A stretch of DNA of 43,496 nt from a virus (lineage: Duplodnaviria; Heunggongvirae; Uroviricota; Caudoviricetes). The position numbers were made by a program, and so were the translations under genes. The notes beneath the pieces were generated by a model. That model searched no databases, was not told where the DNA came from, and saw nothing but the letters and a program-made list of their open reading frames with translations. This document shows, piece after piece, positions 38,111 to 43,496 of this stretch. The stretch lies in IMG/VR virus record IMGVR_UViG_2740892274_000012; one strand, written 5' to 3'. Each line of letters opens with the position of its first letter. Within the stretch, counting starts at the first letter, position 1.

Positions 38111-40711
38111 ATGAGCACAAAACCACTCTTCCTGTTACGGAAAGCGAAAAAATCATCCGGTGAACCTGACGTCGTCCTGTGGGCAAGCAACGATTTTGAA
38201 TCGACCTGTGCCACTCTGGACTACCTGATCGTTAAGTCAGGTAAAAAACTGAGCAGCTATTTTAAAGCTGTTGCCACGAATTTTCCTGTCGTTAATGACC
38301 TGCCCGCTGAAGGTGAGATCGATTTTACCTGGAGTGAACGCTATCAACTCAGCAAAGACTCCATGACATGGGAACTAAAACCGGGAGCAGCACCAGACAA
38401 CGCTCACTATCAAGGCAATACCAACGTCAACGGCGAAGACATGACTGAGATTGAGGAGAATATGCTACTCCCAATTTCTGGCCAGGAACTGCCCATTCGT
38501 TGGCTTGCTCAACACGGCAGCGAAAAACCGGTAACGCACGTTTCACGCGACGGACTCCAGGCATTACACATTGCTCGGGCTGAAGAACTACCGGCTGTTA
38601 CTGCCCTGGCTGTTTCCCACAAAACCAGCCTGCTCGACCCGCTGGAAATTCGCGAACTCCACAAACTGGTTCGTGACACTGACAAAGTTTTCCCTAATCC
38701 TGGTAATTCAAACCTGGGACTGATAACTGCTTTTTTCGAAGCATACCTGAACGCTGACTACACCGATCGAGGACTGCTGACAAAAGAGTGGATGAAGGGT
38801 AATCGTGTTTCACACATCACTCGCACGGCTTCCGGTGCTAATGCTGGCGGCGGAAACCTCACCGATCGCGGCGAAGGTTTCGTACACGATCTGACGTCAC
38901 TGGCGCGGGACGTAGCCACTGGCGTACTGGCCCGTTCAATGGATCTGGACATCTATAACCTTCATCCGGCACACGCTAAACGCATTGAGGAAATTATCGC
39001 TGAAAATAAACCGCCCTTTTCTGTTTTCCGCGACAAATTCATCACCATGCCTGGCGGGCTGGATTATTCCCGCGCCATCGTGGTTGCGTCCGTAAAAGAA
39101 GCACCAATTGGGATCGAGGTCATCCCCGCGCACGTCACTGAATATCTGAACAAAGTACTGACTGAAACCGATCATGCCAACCCTGATCCGGAAATCGTGG
39201 ATATTGCCTGCGGTCGCTCCTCTGCCCCGATGCCGCAGCGAGTAACAGAAGAAGGAAAACAGGATGATGAAGAAAAACCGCAACCATCTGGAACAACGGC
39301 AGTTGAACAGGGAGAGGCTGAAACAATGGAACCGGACGCAACTGAACATCATCAGGACACGCAGCCGCTGGATGCTCAGTCACAGGTAAATTCTGTTGAT
39401 GCGAAATATCAGGAACTGCGGGCAGAACTCCATGAAGCCCGGAAAAACATTCCATCAAAAAATCCTGTCGATGCCGATAAATTGCTTGCTGCATCACGTG
39501 GTGAATTTGTTGACGGAATTAGCGACCCGAACGATCCGAAATGGGTAAAGGGGATCCAGACTCGCGATTGTGTGTACCAGAACCAGCCAGAAACGGAAAA
39601 AACCAGCCCGGATATGAATCAACCTGAGCCAGTAGTGCAACAGGAACCGGAAATAGCCTGCAATGCCTGCGGCCAGACTGGCGGGGATAACTGCCCTGAC
39701 TGTGGTGCGGTGATGGGCGACGCAACATACCAGGAAACATTCGATGAAGAGAGTCAGGTTGAAGCTAAGGAAAATGATCCGGAGGAAATGGAAGGCGCTG
39801 AACATCCGCACAATGAGAATGCTGGCAGCGATCCGCATCGCGATTGCAGTGATGAAACTGGCGAAGTCGCAGATCCCGTAATCGTAGAAGACATAGAGCC
39901 AGGTATTTATTACGGAATTTCGAATGAGAATTACCACGCGGGTCCCGGTGTCAGTAAGTCTCAGCTCGATGACATTGCTGATACTCCGGCACTGTATTTG
40001 TGGCGTAAAAATGCCCCCGTGGACACCACAAAGACAAAAACGCTCGATTTAGGAACCGCTTTCCACTGCCGGGTACTTGAGCCGGAAGAATTCAGTAACC
40101 GCTTTATCGTAGCACCTGAATTTAACCGCCGGACAAACTCCGGAAAAGAAGAAGAGAAAGCGTTTCTGAGGGAATGCGCAAGCACAGGAAAAACGGTTAT
40201 CACTGCCGAAGAAGGCCGGAAAATTGAACTCATGTATCAGAGCGTTATGGCTTTGCCGCTGGGGCAATGGCTTGTTGAAAGCGCCGGACACGCTGAATCA
40301 TCAATTTACTGGGAAGATCCTGAAACAGCAATTTTGTGTCGGTGCCGTCCGGACAAAATTATCCCTGAATTTCACTGGATCATGGACGTGAAAACTACGG
40401 CGGATATTCAACGATTCAAAACCGCTTATTACGACTACCGCTATCACGTTCAGGATGCATTCTACAGTGACGGTTATGAAGCACAGTTTGGAGTGCAGCC
40501 AACTTTCGTTTTTCTGGTTGCCAGCACAACTATTGAATGCGGACGTTATCCGGTTGAAATTTTCATGATGGGCGAAGAAGCAAAACTGGCAGGTCAGCTG
40601 GAATATCACCGCAATCTGCGAACCCTGGCTGACTGCCTCAATACCGATGAATGGCCAGCTATTAAGACGTTATCACTGCCCCGCTGGGCTAAGGAATATG
40701 CAAATGACTAA
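38111..40711 (+). CDS. recE: Exodeoxyribonuclease VIII RecE
   Basis: 866-aa ORF; C-terminal nuclease domain (...[39 protein letters not shown]...) recognised as RecE; stop overlaps the recT start. Confidence 0.9.
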   Translation: MSTKPLFLLRKAKKSSGEPDVVLWASNDFESTCATLDYLIVKSGKKLSSYFKAVATNFPVVNDLPAEGEIDFTWSERYQLSKDSMTWELKPGAAPDNAHYQGNTNVNGEDMTEIEENMLLPISGQELPIRWLAQHGSEKPVTHVSRDGLQALHIARAEELPAVTALAVSHKTSLLDPLEIRELHKLVRDTDKVFPNPGNSNLGLITAFFEAYLNADYTDRGLLTKEWMKGNRVSHITRTASGANAGGGNLTDRGEGFVHDLTSLARDVATGVLARSMDLDIYNLHPAHAKRIEEIIAENKPPFSVFRDKFITMPGGLDYSRAIVVASVKEAPIGIEVIPAHVTEYLNKVLTETDHANPDPEIVDIACGRSSAPMPQRVTEEGKQDDEEKPQPSGTTAVEQGEAETMEPDATEHHQDTQPLDAQSQVNSVDAKYQELRAELHEARKNIPSKNPVDADKLLAASRGEFVDGISDPNDPKWVKGIQTRDCVYQNQPETEKTSPDMNQPEPVVQQEPEIACNACGQTGGDNCPDCGAVMGDATYQETFDEESQVEAKENDPEEMEGAEHPHNENAGSDPHRDCSDETGEVADPVIVEDIEPGIYYGISNENYHAGPGVSKSQLDDIADTPALYLWRKNAPVDTTKTKTLDLGTAFHCRVLEPEEFSNRFIVAPEFNRRTNSGKEEEKAFLRECASTGKTVITAEEGRKIELMYQSVMALPLGQWLVESAGHAESSIYWEDPETAILCRCRPDKIIPEFHWIMDVKTTADIQRFKTAYYDYRYHVQDAFYSDGYEAQFGVQPTFVFLVASTTIECGRYPVEIFMMGEEAKLAGQLEYHRNLRTLADCLNTDEWPAIKTLSLPRWAKEYAND

Positions 40712-41513
40712 GCAACCACCAATCGCAAAAGCCGATCTGCAAAAAACTCAGGGAAACCGTGCACCAGCAGCAATTAAAAATAACGACGTGATTAGTTTTA
40801 TTAACCAGCCATCAATGAAAGAGCAACTGGCAGCAGCTCTTCCACGCCATATGACGGCTGAACGTATGATCCGTATCGCCACCACAGAAATTCGTAAAGT
40901 TCCGGCGTTAGGAAACTGTGACACTATGAGTTTTGTCAGTGCAATCGTACAGTGTTCACAGCTCGGACTTGAGCCCGGTAGCGCCCTCGGTCATGCATAT
41001 TTACTGCCTTTTGGTAATAAAAACGAAAAGAGCGGTAAAAAAAACGTTCAGCTAATCATTGGCTATCGCGGCATGATTGATCTGGCTCGCCGTTCAGGTC
41101 AAATCGCCAGCCTGTCAGCCCGTGTTGTCCGTGAAGGTGACGAGTTTAATTTCGAATTTGGCCTTGATGAAAAGTTAATACACCGCCCAGGAGAAAACGA
41201 AGATGCCCCTGTTACCCACGTCTATGCTGTCGCAAGACTGAAAGACGGAGGTACTCAGTTTGAAGTTATGACGCGCAAACAGATTGAGCTGGTGCGCAGC
41301 CAGAGTAAAGCTGGTAATAACGGGCCGTGGGTAACTCACTGGGAAGAAATGGCAAAGAAAACGGCTATTCGTCGCCTGTTCAAATATCTGCCCGTATCAA
41401 TTGAGATCCAGCGTGCAGTATCAATGGATGAAAAGGAACCACTGACAATCGATCCTGCAGATTCCTCTGTATTAACCGGGGAATACAGTGTAATCGATAA
41501 TTCAGAGGAATAA
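40704..41513 (+). CDS. recT: Single-strand annealing protein RecT
   Basis: 269 aa from [65 protein letters not shown]..., recognised as RecT. Confidence 0.9.
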   Translation: MTKQPPIAKADLQKTQGNRAPAAIKNNDVISFINQPSMKEQLAAALPRHMTAERMIRIATTEIRKVPALGNCDTMSFVSAIVQCSQLGLEPGSALGHAYLLPFGNKNEKSGKKNVQLIIGYRGMIDLARRSGQIASLSARVVREGDEFNFEFGLDEKLIHRPGENEDAPVTHVYAVARLKDGGTQFEVMTRKQIELVRSQSKAGNNGPWVTHWEEMAKKTAIRRLFKYLPVSIEIQRAVSMDEKEPLTIDPADSSVLTGEYSVIDNSEE

Positions 41514-41568
41514 TTCAGCCTGGCGGTGTAATGCACCGCCAACTTGAAATATTTTTATGAGAAAAATT

Positions 41569-41763
41569 ATGAGATATGACAATGTTAAACCATGTCCATT
41601 TTGTGGTTGTCCATCAGTAACGGTGAAAGCCATTTCAGGATATTACCGAGCGAAGTGTAACGGATGCGAATCCCGAACCGGTTATGGTGGAAGTGAAAAA
41701 GAAGCACTCGAACGATGAAATAAACGAACCACTGGAAATAATAATGGAGGTGTTCATGTATAA
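41569..41763 (+). pseudogene. ralR: ralR (lar) toxin gene with an in-frame TGA at codon 50
   Basis: ATG at 41569; MRYDNVKPCPFCGCPSVTVKAISGYYRAKCNGCESRTGYGGSEKEALER then TGA at 41716-41718; the same frame continues NKRTTGNNNGGVHV to TAA at 41761-41763, where the ydaC ATG overlaps. Confidence 0.5.
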
Positions 41764-41944
41764 AATTACCGCCACTATTGAAAAGGAAGGTGGCACTCCT
41801 ACTAACTGGACAAGATATTCAAAATCTAAACTAACGAAATCAGAATGCGAAAAAATGCTCTCAGGTAAAAAAGAAGCAGGCGTTTCCAGAGAGCAGAAAG
41901 TAAAACTGATAAATTTTAATTGCGAGAAACTTCAGTCCTCGTGA
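41756..41944 (+). CDS. ydaC: YdaC
   Basis: 62 aa MYKITATIEKEGGTPTNWTRYSKSKLTKSECEKMLSGKKEAGVSREQKVKLINFNCEKLQSS; GGAGG upstream. Confidence 0.6.
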   Translation: MYKITATIEKEGGTPTNWTRYSKSKLTKSECEKMLSGKKEAGVSREQKVKLINFNCEKLQSS

Positions 41945-42043
41945 ATTGCATTGTATTCAAATTAAAACTTCATAGCTGATTATTAATAATCAACATCGGG
42001 CGTCAATTTAAGTCTAACATTGGCGCCTGCCAGAGGTGATGCG

Positions 42044-42259
42044 ATGGCACAAGTAATCTTTAATGAAGAGTGGATGGTTGAATACGGCCTGATGCTTCGC
42101 ACTGGTCTGGGGGCCAGACAAATTGAAGCATACCGCCAGAACTGTTGGGTGGAAGGCTTCCACTTCAAACGAGTATCTCCTTTAGGGAAGCCAGACAGTA
42201 AGCGAGGGATTATCTGGTATAACTATCCAAAGATAAATCAGTTTATCAAAGACTCATGA
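42044..42259 (+). CDS. xisR: Excisionase-like protein (XisR / YdaQ)
   Basis: 71 aa [44 protein letters not shown]...; immediately upstream of the integrase gene. Confidence 0.75.
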   Translation: MAQVIFNEEWMVEYGLMLRTGLGARQIEAYRQNCWVEGFHFKRVSPLGKPDSKRGIIWYNYPKINQFIKDS

Positions 42260-42260
42260 T

Positions 42261-43496
42261 ATGTCTAAATTACCAACAGGTGTCGAGATTCGAGGTAAAT
42301 ACATTCGCATCTGGTTCATGTTTCGAGGAAAACGATGTCGGGAAACATTGAAAGGCTGGGAGGTTACTAACAGTAACATTAAAAAAGCCGGGAATTTAAG
42401 AGCGTTGATAGTTCATGAAATCAATTCCGGTGAGTTTGAGTATTTAAGACGTTTTCCCCAGTCCAGCACTGGGGCAAAAATGGTGACAACGAGGGTCATA
42501 AAAACGTTCGGGGAGCTTTGTGATATCTGGACAAAAATTAAAGAAACAGAGTTAACAACAAACACAATGAAGAAAACGAAATCACAATTAAAAACACTCA
42601 GGATAATAATTTGTGAGAGTACTCCGATATCGCATATTCGTTATAGCGATATCTTAAACTACCGGAATGAACTGCTGCATGGAGAAACGCTTTACCTGGA
42701 TAATCCAAGATCCAACAAAAAAGGAAGAACCGTGCGCACAGTTGATAACTATATCGCCCTGCTCTGTTCGTTGTTACGTTTTGCGTATCAGTCGGGATTT
42801 ATATCAACCAAACCATTTGAAGGAGTAAAGAAATTACAGAGAAACAGAATAAAGCCTGACCCGTTATCTAAAACAGAATTCAATGCATTAATGGAAAGTG
42901 AAAAAGGACAGAGCCAGAACTTGTGGAAATTTGCCGTATACTCCGGGCTTCGTCACGGGGAACTGGCTGCTCTGGCGTGGGAGGATGTGGATTTCGAGAA
43001 GGGAGTTGTGAATGTCAGAAGAAACCTGACGATACTGGATATGTTCGGTCCCCCAAAAACAAATGCGGGGATCCGGACGGTAACACTACTGCAGCCTGCT
43101 CTTGAAGCACTGAAGGAGCAATACAAACTGACCGGGCATCATCGCAAAAGCGAAATCACTTTTTATCATCGGGAGTACGGCAGAACCGAAAAGCAAAAAC
43201 TGCATTTTGTTTTCATGCCCAGAGTGTGTAACGGAAAACAGAAACCTTATTACTCGGTAAGCAGTTTGGGTGCGAGATGGAATGCAGCAGTAAAACGTGC
43301 TGGTATTCGCCGCCGTAATCCGTACCATACGCGGCATACTTTTGCCTGCTGGCTGTTGACGGCAGGAGCGAACCCGGCGTTTATAGCCAGCCAGATGGGG
43401 CATGAAACTGCGCAGATGGTGTATGAAATTTACGGTATGTGGATTGATGACATGAACGACGAACAGGTAGCCATGTTGAATGCGCGGTTATCGTAG
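42261..43496 (+). CDS. intR: Tyrosine integrase IntR
   Basis: 411-aa ORF with a tyrosine recombinase C-terminal catalytic region (...RHTFACWLLTAGANPAFIASQMGHETAQMVYEIYGMW...); stop codon TAG is the last three bases of the window. Confidence 0.9.
   Translation: MSKLPTGVEIRGKYIRIWFMFRGKRCRETLKGWEVTNSNIKKAGNLRALIVHEINSGEFEYLRRFPQSSTGAKMVTTRVIKTFGELCDIWTKIKETELTTNTMKKTKSQLKTLRIIICESTPISHIRYSDILNYRNELLHGETLYLDNPRSNKKGRTVRTVDNYIALLCSLLRFAYQSGFISTKPFEGVKKLQRNRIKPDPLSKTEFNALMESEKGQSQNLWKFAVYSGLRHGELAALAWEDVDFEKGVVNVRRNLTILDMFGPPKTNAGIRTVTLLQPALEALKEQYKLTGHHRKSEITFYHREYGRTEKQKLHFVFMPRVCNGKQKPYYSVSSLGARWNAAVKRAGIRRRNPYHTRHTFACWLLTAGANPAFIASQMGHETAQMVYEIYGMWIDDMNDEQVAMLNARLS

Noticed and set aside
38936-39937. 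Three minus-strand ORFs (138, 120 and 147 aa) inside recE
   Set aside because: Fully contained in the recE coding region on the opposite strand; no start signals; the recE frame is unambiguous.

Overview
This window reads as a near-complete lambdoid prophage of the Escherichia coli Rac type, identified by translating the ORFs and recognising the proteins from memory (no database search was possible). All late genes are on the minus strand. Left to right: a lambda-like tail module (J cut by the window edge, I, K, L, then a divergent M, a 1077-aa tape measure protein, a G/G-T chaperone pair with a -1 frameshift site, and the major tail protein); head-tail joining genes, major capsid, scaffold, head morphogenesis protein, portal and large/small terminase; a ParB-like protein coupled to a glycosyltransferase-like protein; trkG; a phage-21-type lysis cassette (Rz/Rz1, SAR endolysin, dual-start pinholin); two TolA-domain-III-like lipoprotein genes; a candidate pR'/tR' late control region with a putative Q antiterminator; nin-region genes; and an AT-rich accessory island. 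The island holds an opposite-strand yeaR-like gene and an uncharacterised two-gene operon, which I consider the best candidate for an undescribed toxin or defence system. The right end carries the replication and immunity genes (ydaV, ydaU, ydaT, a Cro-like gene, racR), sieB, kilR, ydaE, racC, recE, recT, ralR (with a premature TGA), ydaC, xis and intR, whose stop codon is the last base of the window. A 250-N assembly gap at 4212-4461 interrupts K and L. No rRNA, tRNA, CRISPR array or IS element was seen. Coordinates of hairpins and promoters are hand-counted and may be off by a base or two.
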